From assembly GCA_012295275.1 (NCBI GenBank), contig CM022671.1:17236001-17300000 (forward strand): a DNA stretch of 64,000 nt. The letters run 5' to 3'. This document shows, piece after piece, positions 1 through 19,007 of the stretch. The position numbers and the translations under genes are program-made. Position 1 is the stretch's first letter. Every line of letters starts with the position of its first letter. The notes below the pieces were generated by a model that saw only the letters and a list, made by a program, of their open reading frames with translations, did not search any database and was not told the origin of the DNA. The stretch comes from Chrysomallon squamiferum (taxonomy: Eukaryota; Animalia; Mollusca).

Positions 1-379
1 AGTAGTGGTGGTAGCAGTACTAGTATTAAAAGGAGTGGTAGCTGTTGTAGTGCTTCGAGTAATAAATCGAAGAAGAAGAAGAAGAATGTTCATAGTACTA
101 GAAGAGCGAAAATTATATTAATAATATGAAGAAGAAAGAAAGAAGAATATTGATAATAGTAGCGCTATAGTAGCAGTACCAGTTGTAGGGCAATTAATAA
201 CCAAAACATCATGGACCAGGAGAAAAAAACCCATAAGAGCACTAGCTATATTATTGTTGTTGTTGTTGTTATTATTATTATTATTATTATTAATGTAGTG
301 GCAGCGGCAAACTTAGTAATAGCAGCGGTAGTAGTAGGAATAGTAGCTGTTGAAGTGCTAAGAATAACAATCTGAAAAA

Positions 380-4280
<3,901 letters not shown>

Positions 4281-4425
4281 TAAGAAGCTACAATGTCATT
4301 AGTAACATATAAAATTATCAGTAGATAAGGAAAAAAGAAAAGAAAAAGAAGACTAAAAATGGAATTATCTTTATTTATTTATATATATTTTTTTAACATA
4401 GTGACACTCTGAATCGGCGTCTTTA

Positions 4426-4681
4426 TTAGCTGTAAGGGGGAAGATATTCACACCCACTCATATACAGCAACACACCACTGTGTATCATAAACATATATGT
4501 AATTACTATGACTGTTTGAAAATGTCAGTGAAGCAGTACATACTCTGTAAAAACACAGAAATGAACAGAATTCGTCGAAATAACTGAGAGTTAATTAATT
4601 TATTATCAGCTTCTTTTCTATCAATGTTATTAATTAAATACATCGTACAGGATTAGTTTTTAATATTTGGCTCTGCTACAC

Positions 4682-4738
<57 letters not shown>
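4426..4738 (+). repeat. Dispersed ~260-bp repeat followed by (GT)n, copy 1 (SINE/MITE-like, family unknown)
   Basis: Same-strand match to 40021-40282 including GTTTGAAAATGTCAGTGAAGCAGTACATA and CACAGAAATGAACAGAATTCGTCGAAATAACTGAGAGTTAATT. Both copies end in TGGCTCTGCTACACTTT shortly before a (GT)n tract. Confidence 0.85.
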
Positions 4739-4741
<3 letters not shown>

Positions 4742-5278
4742 TTTTATTATTTATTTACACATACATTTTACCGAAATTTATCCTGCTGTCAGCCTGAGGT
4801 AAATCAAAACGATTATCAAAAACTTGTTTCCATCGCCAAATTGCATCGTGAAATCAATACGCTACAAGCGACAAGACAAATTCCCTGACTGTGATTGAAA
4901 GTGGACGACCCGAGAGCGAGCTAGCTGGAGAAGAAATAATTATGTTTCGATATATTCTGACCATTTTATTTCACAGAAGCAAACAAATATACCGATATAA
5001 AACACATTAGAGCGAGAAAAAATAAAAACAAAGTACGGTTCCTAGTTAAATGTTGAACGTAATGAATCTGTTTCGTTACGTTTATCTTTTCGAGGGTCAT
5101 GATTATTATAATTATAATTATTATTATTATTGTTGTTGTTATTATTATTATCTACACACAGACATACGTAGATACAGGTGCTCACATTGTGAGCAGCATA
5201 TTAAATATTACATTGGTGTACTGAGAAATAATTAAAAAGACTGAATTAGCGAAAGTGGTAAGCGATATATCCAATAGA

Positions 5279-5317
<39 letters not shown>

Positions 5318-6419
5318 AAATATTAGTAGCAGTAATAATCAACAACCTTTTCTGCAGAGTTAATGGTTTCTACATTAATGCCTACGTCGATGCATGTACA
5401 TCCTTTACTCTCATGTTACGGAAAGCTAATAAATCATGCAGTTTTAGCTAATGGGCAAATCAGAAAAAAACTGTATTCTCTGTCAATGAACTCTCTAATG
5501 GTCTATATATATAGAAATAATTTACCCAGGAGATGATTTGTTTTTAAGTAATGGCAATATAAACTGTTCAGTATTTCGTCTTGATTTAATTTCAACGTGA
5601 AAAACCAGTTTCATTTTAATAATTCTATATCTAAATGAATACATAAAATATTATGTCAGTTCCCCTTTTAAAACACTGTCTCATACACACACACTCCGGA
5701 CACACAGACACAGACACACACACACACACACACACACAGAGTCAATTTAAAAACAAAAAACTATTTCGTTGTTTGATTTACTATTTACTGTAAACGAAGA
5801 TAAATAAAGAAAGAAAGAAAAAAGAAAGAAAGATTAGAAACGAAAAAAGAAACAACTAAATGAAATAAAAACAATTTTAAAAATCATGCTAGTTTGTTTT
5901 CATTATACATGTCACTAACTGTACTAATAATTGAAATAGTTTAGAAGATAAATTTCTTCATAAATTGTGTATTGTATACTATTGAAAGAAAATAATTTTA
6001 TCAAAAATATTTAAAAATATAAAGTTGATATCTAGAAACATTATTAAACAAATATAGCTTACTCTGCTGTGTACAATAGTCCCTACTCCTGTTCAAAGTT
6101 TTAATTATGAATAAGAGGACTATATAGACACACGTACGTACACACACACAGACTACGTCATCCAGTTCTGTTGTGTTTCACTGATTAATGTATGGAAATG
6201 CGAATTATTCAGAGACACTTGGGATCTGTTAACCTAGTTTCGGTAGCATAATATAAATAAAATTAATGCAATATCCATGAAAATTAAATTATTTTAAAAT
6301 AAATGCACACATATTTATATATTGCCCCCATACATGTATATGTATGTATGTACGTAGGCGTGTATGTAGTCGTTGTGGTAATGGTATTAAGTATAACTAT
6401 ACGCTCACAATTTAATACA

Positions 6420-8008
6420 TTATTACCTAAGATTCCCAAATTCAGAGATTCTCCAAAACGAAAGTTTATAAATTAATATTTACATATACTAATACACATG
6501 TACACAAACACACCATTTTTTAAATCTATTTTCAAGTTTTAGAAGTATCACGAAAGTAGCAGATGTTTGGAGTCAACTCTTTATCTCTAAAGCTGTTTCA
6601 CAAGTCCAAAATATTTTGTTTTCTTTAGTACGAAATTATCAATAGTCCTTGACCTTGCTTTTAATCTGGACAATTGACTGAAAACTATTACTTCTGTTAC
6701 GTGTGAGTGGACAATAAAGAATGGTGGTTTTCCAATACCTCAGGGCTCTCAAACAAGATCAAAAGACATTGATCATTTATATCAATAGTTATTAAATAGT
6801 TACGAAATGTATATTTTATTCCAATGAAGGTTGATTTGTTATTGAATAATTACTAATGCAAAGGACTACTTCACAATCATTAAGCGATTTTTGTTTTTCA
6901 AGCTGGTATTTTCAGCTTGTTGGTCTCAAAGAGAATCGAAGATCGTTAATAGAGAGTTTGTGTTTTTTCCTTGCATTGTTTATATTTGTTTACTATGTAG
7001 AGTAAATATTCTAAAATTGTCGTGTAACAGTGATTTGACTTAATAATCGAAATATCTGTCACCACAAAAGATCGTGAACTTATTATTGTATTGTATAATA
7101 ATAATAATAATAATAATAACAATAATAATAATAATAAATAATAATGATGATGATGATGATATGTGTTTGTTTTCTTGTGAATCATTGTATTGTGTGACTA
7201 ATTTTACGTACGTATTGAAATAACATTATCAAACGTTCGAGTCACAGTCAGCTGCTTTTTCCCTGCAGCGAATGCAAAGAATAAATCCCTGATGATTTGA
7301 TCAGATTCTCAATCTACGAGTTTTCGGATTACGCTGTGATTCTTTCCATTACAGCCTTTTAGGTCTGCAGAACGTCAAGGATTTGTTTTAATAGTGGTGT
7401 CATTTGTATTAATCTTAACCATTTTCACAATGTCAGGCACGCAGCAGTGAGATCATCTCTCGATTTATCGGTGAACTTCCCATACTTTCTAATCACAAAC
7501 ACAATATTGATAGGCCAGCGTATGTTGCTTCTAGCAGTTCAAGGTCATCAAACACACACACACGCACACACACACACACACACACATATATGTCTATATG
7601 TATTTAATATAGTGATATATCTCTCCGTCTATTTTATAGTCCATCTTATTTTCTTTTTTCATCTCTCTGCTTGTCTTTCTATCAGCTTTTCTCTCGCTCT
7701 TTCTGTATCTGTGTCTGACAGCCAACCTTCTTGTCTCCTTTTAATGGAGTGCGTGAGAGAGTGTGTGTGTGTGTGTGTGTGTGTATACAAACGCTTTTTA
7801 ATTGTCTGTGGGTATCTCAGTATACGACTGCTTTTGCTTATCAGTAAGATTACTGAATGAATGGATTTACAGTGTCGTGTTATCTATACTATCTATCTAT
7901 CTAACATATCTATATATCTATCTATCTATCTATCTAAACATACATATACGCATACACAAATATGCATATAGACACATGTATACATACATACATGCATACA
8001 TATATGTA

Positions 8009-8061
<53 letters not shown>

Positions 8062-9015
8062 GATATCACACATACATACATAGACATTCACTTACATTTA
8101 TTTATTACTTATTTTGAAAAACTACTTGTTCTTTGGCTCTGTTTCTTTTTTGCAGTTGCTGTTGTCATTCATCCCGTTCAGTATAGTTTTATTTACTCAA
8201 AATTCTGTTATGTTCTGTACCTATGGTGAACAGTCCCCCAGGATGATTCATTTTCAAGTATGAATTTCCCGTATTAGCCACACAGAGGTGGGGGTGTCAT
8301 CACTCACCGGGTGACTCGTTGTCGCTGCATTTAAGGTACAAGAATCAGTTTTTTTTTTTTTATTATTTTTTAAATACCTTTTTATTAATTATTATTTTAA
8401 TGTTTTATAAAATGCCATTCATTAAGTGCGTACGCATCAAATCCTATGAAAATTTTACCCTTATATTACGACGTCAGTTTATGGTAAAATTAAATGGATA
8501 ATAACTAACAATTATTAACTGTAAAGCTTGAATTTTACAACAGTTTTTTATGTAGACAAAAACTACCAGATAAAACTCAATTAAATGTTTTTATTTGTTC
8601 AGTGATTCTTTTTCTGTTTATTTATTTATTTATTATTATTATTATTGTTGTTGTTGTTGTTATTGTTGTTATTGTTACTACTACAAATACTACTGTTATC
8701 ACTTCTACTCTGTTGTTGTCGCTGTTACTGACGCTATCATTATTAATTGTCGTTATTATTTTTTCAAATTATTATCATATTTAAAATATTAACAACACAT
8801 GTATGTAGCCAAACTTTCCTCTACATGTACACTCCTCGAAAATAATACTGACAGCGAACTCCCACCCCAACCCCTCTCGTGAACATACATACTTCATGAA
8901 TGGCTCATGAACAAATAAAGTAATAATAGTAATTTAAATAACCGGTGAGGAATTGTTTTTTTTTTTTTCACAGTATACGACACGGCAGAAATGATTTCAA
9001 ATATAAGATTAAATT

Positions 9016-9059
<44 letters not shown>

Positions 9060-10985
9060 ATTTATTTATTTTATAATGATCATCATTATTATTATAACCA
9101 CTTTTCTTATTGTTCTTTTTCTTTATATTAGGAACTATTATCACATCTTTTTTTCTTACTAATCATGATAATCATCATTGTTATCATCATAATCGCTACT
9201 GTTACTTCTTTTTCTTTCACTTCTTCTTATTACTGTAACTACTGCTGTTGCTGCTGCTTCTGCTATTACTCTTTTCTTCTTCTTCATTTTATTATAATTA
9301 TTAACTAGTGCCGCTATAATCATTATGGTTATTATTATAACTACTACTACTGCTGCTGCTACTAATACTACTATCATTATACTTCTTTTCTTCTTCTCCA
9401 TATTAATACTATTACTACTAATACAACTATTCTTCTTGTCTATTATCTTTATGTCTGCTCTTCTTCTTCTTCACTGATTAATATTTTCATCATTACTGCT
9501 AAAACTACTACAACAACTACTATTACAACTACTACTATACCATTATGTTTCTTCTTTTTCATATTATTGTTATTATTATTTTTACTACTACTGCTATGAT
9601 CACTAACATTTTTCTTCTTCATATTATTATTATTATTTATACTAATATTATTACGAATATCATCATTTTTCTTCTTTTAATAGTACTATGACTACTCTTT
9701 ATTTTCTTCAAAGTTTTATTATTTTCATAACTACTACTATCACTAATATTCTTCTTCGTATTTTTATTACTACTGCTGTTGCTGCTGCTACTACTATTAG
9801 TATTAGTATTGCTAGTACTGGTACTATTATCATTTCTACTATCACTATGATCACTATTATTCTTCATATTATTGTTATATCACTACAACTACAACTACAA
9901 CTACAGCTACAACTACCACTACTACGAGTATTGCTTATGTTGTTACTACTACATTAATAATAATAAATTTAAAAATAATAATAATAATAGTAATATGGCA
10001 ACTACAGTTAATATTTTTCTTTTTATTATTGTTAGTAATATCACAGTTACTGCTGCTACTACTACTATTATTACCCATACTACTAATATTACCACTACTA
10101 TATAATTATTATTCTTCGCATTACTAATAGTAATCTCTATTACTAGTACTATTTTATGCATCTTCTAACATTATATATAACTACTCTTCTTCTTCTTCCC
10201 AGTTTTATTATTTCAAACACTAGTACAAACATTATTACTATTACCACTAATTTTCTTCTTCTTTTTCTTCTTCTTCTTCATAGTATTACTATTTCAATAA
10301 CTACTACTTTACTACAGCTACAAAGACTGGTAGTTCTGCTACTGTCACTATTCTTTTCTTCATCTTATTTATATTATTTTTAATACTATTAGTACTATTA
10401 CTACTTCTATCACCATTGAACTTCTTAATAGTATTATTATTATCACCACCAACACCTCCACTAGTACTACTACTACTACTACTACTACTACAACGATTAC
10501 TATTACATTTCTTCTTCTTCGTGTTATTACTATTATTATTTCAGCTAGTACTAAAATTATCACTATTATTCTTCTTCATATTCTTATTATTATCACTAGC
10601 ACTAGTATTACTGTACTTTTTTCTACCAAACTGTTAGTTATTTTCTCCACTATTATTACTATTACCACCACCATCACAATTCTTCTTCTTCTGATATGAC
10701 TATTACTACATTCTTTTCATTTCATATTATTATTATTATTATCTTTATCCACTAATACCAGTATCATGTTCCTTCTTCTTCTTCATATTATAAATATTAT
10801 TTTCTCCCCTGTCAGTAGTATTCTATGACTCTAACCACTCTTTGTCTTCTAATACTATTATGACTACTACACTTCTTCTTCTCCATATTACTATTTTCAT
10901 CACTACTACTACTACTACTACTACTACTAAAATTACTACTATTATAACTAGATTTCTTCTTCATTTTCTTCTTCTTATTATTATT

Positions 10986-11018
<33 letters not shown>

Positions 11019-11691
11019 ACTGTTGTTGTTATTATTATTATTATTATCTTTTCCACTAATACCAGCATGATAGCTATTCTTCTTCTTCGTATTACAAATA
11101 TTATTTTCTCTCGTCAGTATTATTATACGATTCTAATCATTCTTTTTCTTCTAATACTATTTATTATGACTACTATTTTTCTTCCTCTCCATAGCACTGT
11201 TTTCATCATTACCACGACGACGACCACGACCACCACTACCACAACCACCACCACCACCACTCTTCTTATTACCACCATTCTTCTTCTTTTTGATATAATT
11301 ATTATCACTTATACTATTACCATAATCACTATGCTTCTTTTTCATAATATATTATTATTACCACTACCGTAACAACTACCGCTACAATTAAGACTACCAC
11401 TGCTAATAATATTACTTCTGCTACTACTACTTAATTAATAATAATAGTAATAATAATTTAGTGTTTTTACTACTTTTTTCTTCTTTTTCATGTTTTTATT
11501 AATAATATCACTAGTACTGCTACTGCGACTAACACTACTATTACTACTACTGGTACTACATATGTTACTATTCTTCTTTCTTTGTTCTTCATATTATTAA
11601 TATTATTTTTCTGCTATTATTACAGTTAATACTACTATCATGATTCGTGTTCTAATTTTCTCCTTTTCTTCATATTATTATTATGGTTTGA

Positions 11692-11748
<57 letters not shown>

Positions 11749-12195
11749 TCTACTAATATAACTATTGCTACCATGATCATTCTTCTTCTTTATATTATTG
11801 TTCTTAGCACTCAAATAGCTACTACTGCTATTTTTACTATTACTACTACTACCACTACCATCACCACTACTACTGCTAATTCTGCCGCTACCACTACATT
11901 AATAATAATAATAATATCGCTACTTCTCTTTTTCTCTTACGCTTTTTCTTTCTCTTCTTCAAGATGTTTTTGTTATTAATATCACTTCAAATTCTGCTGC
12001 TGTTACTACTATTAGCGCTTTTACTATCACGATTATTCTTCTTCTGATATTATGGTCATGCCTTTCTTCTTCTTCATAGGTATTATCATTTTCACCATGG
12101 TTATTACTACACTACTAAAATTACTACTATTATAACTACATTTCTTTTTCATTCTTCTTCATATTATTATTATTACTATAATTACTATTATTATA

Positions 12196-12244
<49 letters not shown>

Positions 12245-12833
12245 TCGATAGTATTATTTTCTTCCCTACTGCTACTATTACAACATTACTATGGTCATTA
12301 TTGTTCTTCTTCTTCATATTATTACTATTACCATTTAAACTGGTACTACTTCTATTAGTACTTCTACTATTATTACCACTACTACTACTACTACTACTAT
12401 GTCTGTCCCTACCACTACGTTAATAATAATAACAACAACAACAACAACAACAGTAATGATTAATACTATGGCTAGTCCTCTTATGATAATTCCTCTTCTT
12501 CTTCTTGAAATTATTATTGTTAGCTCTACAGCACTACTACTCCTATTAGTACCACTTCTACTACTACCACTTCTACTACTACCACTACTACTACCACCAC
12601 TACCACTACTACAGTTAATACCATTACCACTATTCTCCTTCTTCTTTATCTTATTATTGTCATTTATACGACTACTAATACTACTACTATGATCATTCTT
12701 CTTTTTCAGATATTTATTGCTACCAGTACAACTACATATCCCAGCACTACTACTAATTCGACTGCTACTAGAACATTAATAATAAAATAATAATAATGAT
12801 GATGAAGATGATCATAATGATCATGATGATCAC

Positions 12834-12872
<39 letters not shown>

Positions 12873-13215
12873 CTTATTACTACTACTACTGCTGCTGCTG
12901 CTGCTACCACTACTTCTCTCCTCCTATTACTACTACTTTTAGTACTATTATTAATGTTCTTCATATTATGATAAATTATTGTTGTTGTGGTTGGTATTGT
13001 TATTGTTACTGTTTTGTTAGTACTTGTTTATAATTTATAAGTGTTCATTTCATTTTATTTTTATTTAATTATTGGTTGTATTATTATTATTATTATTATT
13101 GTTGTTGTTGTTGTTGTTATATATGTATTTCTTTTGATTTATTTATTTATTTATTTATCTATTTACTATTACGTCATCTACAATTAACCATTTCTGGTAT
13201 TGTATACTGTTACTA
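6420..13215. repeat. Right arm of large degenerate inverted duplication
   Basis: Reverse-complement partner of 380-4280. For example TTCTGGTATTGTATACTGTTACT (~13191-13213) pairs with AGTAACAGTATACAGTACCAGAA (~384-406). 9060-13200 is ACT/ATT/TTC-rich, the complement of the 1-2400 tract, and is longer than its partner. Confidence 0.85.
8149..8341. repeat. 193-bp near-identical inverted-repeat core, copy 2 (possible non-coding exon 8156-8335 on +)
   Basis: Partner of 2987-3179. Starts at TTTGCAG| and ends at AAG|GTACAA. Confidence 0.95.
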
Positions 13216-14019
13216 AATTTTTGAAGCGTCGTTCTAAATATAATTATAAATATAAGTAAAAAAAATTTAATAATTTAGACGCAAATTTAGACGGTTCACT
13301 AAAGCAATAGCGATCGGAATGTATAACATAATAAGATATGAATACCAAATTTCATGAAAAGCGATCCTAAATACCGATTTCGAAAACGGGAAATCCGATC
13401 TTGAACCTTATTCTAACCCACAGTAACGATTAAGGCTAAGTGTCAAACGCGGTTACAGTTTTCTTTTAATCAGTTTTGAAAAGCACAAAACGCTTCGGTT
13501 ATTCTAAATATATACTGGGACTGTTATAAATAAGTGTATTCATAAAACATTATTTTTATAAAATATGTAAATAAGCAAGCATTGTTTATTTATTTATTTA
13601 TTTATTTATTTAGTAACTAGTTAGTAATTTAGTATGTTTTTTAAGTTAGTTATTTGTTACTTCTATACTTACTTACGTGTTTACCGGCATTTATTTTATT
13701 TTATTTTTATTTTTAATATTACAAAATATTCATGAATTTGCTCTGTCTTTGATAATAAATAATAATAATCCTTACTTTGATGTTCAAGAAATGTTGCTTT
13801 TTTTATTTTATTTTTTTTTTATTTTAATATTATTACAAAATGTAACATACCAGTTCATGAATTTCCTAAATAAATAAATAAAATTGACCTTTGATAAAAT
13901 AAATTAAACAATAATATGAGTCTGTTTATTAATTTGTTTTTGTTAATCTTTTTAAACATTTTGTGAAAAGTAATTTTTGTTCTAAATTAAATTTATAATA
14001 AATTATTACCTCGCAGAAT

Positions 14020-14160
14020 TTTACCTTCATGGATGACACTTTGCCCCGCGAGAACCGCCACTGTGGGTTGTTAGTTGTCAAATGACGTCATCCAATTGTT
14101 GACGTCTTATTAACGGTGTAAAACCGAAAACGAACGAAAACTAACGTCTTCGGAACCTAA
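14020..14160. promoter_or_regulatory. Candidate cis-regulatory element (CRE + CCAAT, locally GC/CpG enriched)
   Basis: TGACGTCA at 14083-14090 is immediately followed by CCAAT (14092-14096) and a second TGACGTC. CCCCGCGAGAACCGCC lies upstream. Motif evidence only. Confidence 0.3.
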
Positions 14161-14828
14161 TTAATACTGTCGCTAATGTTTTCTTTATCATACTGTTATT
14201 ATTATTATTATTATTATTATCATCATCATCATCATTATTATTATCATCATCATCATCATCATCAACATCATCATCATCATCATCATTATCTGTAAACATT
14301 ACCGTTAGTTGCTTAGTTGATTTACTTGTATGAATCAAAACTGTCACATAAATATATATATATCTTCATTTTTGTTCTTATATATCCACTTTATTTCAAA
14401 ACTTAGAAGATTCAATAAAGTATTTAGAGGAAACTCGAATGTAATTGGGTTTTTTTTTTCAGCCAAGATTCTGGAAGAGAACTCTTTCTGATTTCTTATT
14501 ACACTGTAAATTGAGTTTTTAAAAGCTCGTTTGCTTTCTAAATTGACCATAGAGCTATTAAATTATATCAAATAAGATTCTCATCACCGCCTAAGGAGGA
14601 ATACAAATTTCTTTTAATGTCTTTGTCGTGGCTTTTGACTCATGTTGGAGTTAGATCAAACGTTTAATTCGTCTGTTTTTGTTTTATTGATTTGATAATG
14701 GACAGATCAGGTATTGTTAAGAAGGCGGTATCATGTTAGCGATGAATATAATCTGTATAAACCCATAATGGAATCATGTTACTAATTGTTTAATAAATAA
14801 TTTAAAGTGAACAACAAAACAACAGCAT

Positions 14829-14860
<32 letters not shown>

Positions 14861-14881
14861 ATAATAATAATAATAATAATA

Positions 14882-14925
<44 letters not shown>

Positions 14926-14958
14926 AGGGAAGAAGAGGTGTGTATGTGTGTGTATATG

Positions 14959-15123
<165 letters not shown>

Positions 15124-15998
15124 GTAGAACAAGAGAAAACAGAGATAAAAGTCAATATCAAAATACAGTACACTATTTTTCTGGCTTAGAAATGTTTTAT
15201 TGTCATTCATGACATGTTCTTTATTACAGAGTTGCTCATTGTCTTTGCTTCATAAGAAAATTAACAAGGCTTTTTGAGAATATTTTAATAACTTCGAATT
15301 ATGTAGTTACAAATTCAAATTTTCAAACGTAACGTAGCAATACAATTTAACTTAGAATCACAATACATTTATTCTTGTATTGATTATATTTATATTACAG
15401 TAAAAACCAACGTGGAAAGTTTTTCGTATAAAGTTTCACATACATTAATTTTACGATCTGTACAGAAAGAATTGTATTAATACCTGAGATGCATATTTGC
15501 GTTATGCGGGTCTAATAATAACACATAAAAGGCACATTTAATGTAATGACATTTTAAAATTACACCCATGAAGCACATTATTCCATACATGTACTAGTCT
15601 TAAAATATGTTTAAAGTTTAGCTGTGGAGATATCAAGAAATTGTCTAAATATATTCTGTATTCTTCCAAGACATGTTTTAATTCTTATCTGATGTCCAGT
15701 CTTAATTAATTACGATTGCAGTTTAAAAATATCTCAACAGTCGCGTCGTCACATAAAGAGAAAATACAAACATCGGAAAATTACAACTATTAGTCCGTCT
15801 TGTACGCTATGACGTCACCATGTCAACTCAAAGTTAAAATGGCAGCGTTCAGGTGATTTATTGTAAAGTTTAATTAGGACGAATAATATTTCGCCTGAAA
15901 TAATAAATGAAAACTTGGAAGCATAGAGAATTTTATTAGACTATTTATTTGTACCACTGGTACCCTTTAGTATATGTTTACTCGCATAAAATATTTAC

Positions 15999-16055
<57 letters not shown>

Positions 16056-16884
16056 TAACAAAATTAACATTCAAATTCAATAACAGTAATTTTTTTTTTC
16101 AGAATAATATTTACTTGTAGCTCTCTGTTATTTATAATGCTTTCCTCTCGCAATGTTAAAAAGTTCGTTATTTTGTTCGATAAGTATATGGCTATGTGTC
16201 AAATTCGTTAAAAAAATAAATAAAACATACAAAAAAAAAAAGTTAGAAGAAAGAGGGCTATTTAATGAATACACATACATAATTTATGCATAGGCACATA
16301 GATTATTTTATAGACACACACGCACGCACACACACACACACATACTATATTTATATGGCATAAATGATTTATTAAACAACTAGTACGTTCTTTTTCCTTT
16401 GCTCTTTCGTTATTAATAATAATAATAATAATAATAATGCAGTAGCAGTAGTAGCAAAAATGGTAGTAGTACTAATAACACTAATGGTGGTGGTAGTAGT
16501 AGTCGCAGTAGCAATAGTAGACTAGTAGCATAGTAGCAGTAACAGTAGCAATAGTAACAGCCAGCACTGACGTATGACATTAATAGTTGAGACCCGATTT
16601 CAACATACTTTTAATATCACATACATTTCAGCAAATTACTAAGAAAACATTTAAGGCACTGTACGAAGCTCTCATCCTTAATGGCTAGCTTTATACACTG
16701 TAAGAATTATTGTAATTGGTTTCGTAGGGTCCACACATAGAGTCTGAATTGGACGTATGCACGAAAAAAAAAAAGGCTTTGTGCTTGAAGAAAACTGTAT
16801 GCGCTGAACGTTACAGGGGTGGGGAAAGAAAGAAAGAAAGAAAGAAGATTGTTCACTCTATGGACGAGCAAGCGAGTAAGGTTA

Positions 16885-17230
16885 GAGGATTATGTAAATA
16901 GACGAAAATAGGGATTTGAATTTCTTACAGTGGCAACTAAGGAAGAACCATTAGGTACGACTAGAACGGGCTGGTGATAATGCACTATATATATATAAAG
17001 CTACTAACAGAACATACGCCAATGAATGGTCTTTAAAGAAATCATCAATCTGAGGATTACGTAAGCAGACGAAAGTTGGGGTTGGAATTTCACACAGTGA
17101 GAAGCGAGGGAGAACCACAAACCACGACTAGAACTGGCTGCGAATTATGCACGGGTAATATGTAAGAAGCTGCTAACAGAATAATATTATACGCCACAGA
17201 AAAAGTCTTGAAAAATGTATTAGATTTAGG
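16885..17230. repeat. Diverged tandem duplication, ~167-bp unit x2
   Basis: GAGGATTA(T/C)GTAA..AGACGAAA...AGAACCA...ACGACTAGAAC.GGCTG...AAGCT(A/G)CTAACAGAA...ATACGCCA occurs at ~16886 and ~17052. Confidence 0.8.
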
Positions 17231-18028
17231 ATTCAAATACAGCTGAAGACGAATTGAATTAATAGTCATACGTTCAAGAAAGAAGACAGAAAATAATTTT
17301 TGAAAAAAAATGTTGTGCGAACGTAAATATATGGAGATGCCCTTTCATATTTATTCTGGTTTATGTAAGATATGATTTACTAGTTTATATATATATATAT
17401 GTTACAGTTAATACCAAGTATTTTTATGTAAATAACTGGAATGTATCGATGTACCAGAATATATAAAGACAAAACAAACAAGACACTAGATAATAAGGCA
17501 TTGCATACACAGGAATCATGTAAACAATTTAGTTTCATAATAAATTTCATAAACAATTTTATAAAAACCCAACAAAACCTTAAAATCTTTTGCGTCTATG
17601 TTTTACATACTGTGAGATAACATAAAAAAAGAGGAGAAATTATCAAAAAAAGAGAAAAATTATAATAATAAATAAATAAGTAAATAAATAAAGAACACAA
17701 AATAATTATATTTAAACAAATGTTATCACCTAGCATTAACATGAATGACTTACATTAAGGTTTCTAATTCCTAGTATTTTCTAATCGTTTAGACACGACT
17801 TAGTTTGTATGATATAATTCACTCTTTCAGTTAAAATAAAAAAAATTAAGTTCTTTTACGCTAATCATTCACTCAGGCTAACCCGTCTAAATAAACGACA
17901 CGTCGTTTTTGTTTCATCAGCATAAAATCGTAATGAATGTTCGACATTAACCACTAATAGACAGAGATATATGTTAAGATTTATTTACATAAAAAAAAAT
18001 ACGCTTATTTATTCCAACTTTCATGAAA

Positions 18029-18064
<36 letters not shown>

Positions 18065-18939
18065 AAATAATAAATAATAAATAAAAAATAAAAAAATTAT
18101 AAAATATAAATATAATAAAAAATAAAAAATATAAAAATATAAAAAAGAAAATGAATAAAATAAATCTTGTCTCTGTTAAAATGTCTATTAAAACAACATA
18201 AATAAAGAATACCGAAAAGATTAACTCATGAAATGACATCATAGTGCTCTCTCTCTGTCTTGTGTATCACTACAGAAAATGAAGTATAACTGAAAAATCG
18301 TTTATATTAAAATGTGTCTAACATTGATTAACAAAATCAGTAAGTCTATGAAAATTTAAATAAAACGAAAGTGTAATAATTAACCTGTGCTTGACTATGT
18401 ATTAAAAAAAAGCATATAAAACATAAGCATGAGTTACGCAGAGCAAAGTTATGTTTGGATTATAACATTTTGTTGGAATTATCACATTATAATGAGTTTA
18501 TATACAAATATGACTTGAAGCTAATACAATCACTACTTTAAGACTTTTAATAGTCAAAGGCATATTCCAGAAGTGATCACAAGGCCCAAATGGGGATATT
18601 CTGAATGGACGTATCATTCCCAGATTAAACTGTAAGGCAGGATAATTAAAATATGTCAGATATAATAATGATGAATTAATTTTTTTTTTGTATTTAATTT
18701 GCTTTCTAATTCTTGACATTTCTATGTCAGAATCCTGCTAACAATAATAATAATGGAACAGTTCTGGAATATATTATGTACAAAGCATTCATTTATAAAG
18801 TGTGCCTTTGACGGCGTGAACAAAGAGGCTGAAACATCCAGTATACTTCCAAGATATTGTTTTGTTTGCTTCTTCTGAAAGCTCTTTGCTCATGACAAAG
18901 TATATATATTAAAACAAATAATAATAATAATAATAATAA

Positions 18940-19007
<68 letters not shown>

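Noticed and set aside
7858-7900. Short match ATGAATGGATTTACAGTGT shared with ~57610-57630 on the opposite strand
   Set aside because: Too short and embedded in (TCTA)n; probably a fragment of a common repeat.
8156-8335. Coding readings of the conserved island (VAVVIHPVQYSFIYSK, GPCR-loop-like; LYVANTGNS, NHL-like on the other strand; a TGA-only selenoprotein or mitochondrial-code frame)
   Set aside because: Short chance-level resemblance, in-frame stops, and differences between copies are non-synonymous in the TGA-only frame. No SECIS or mitochondrial gene recognised.
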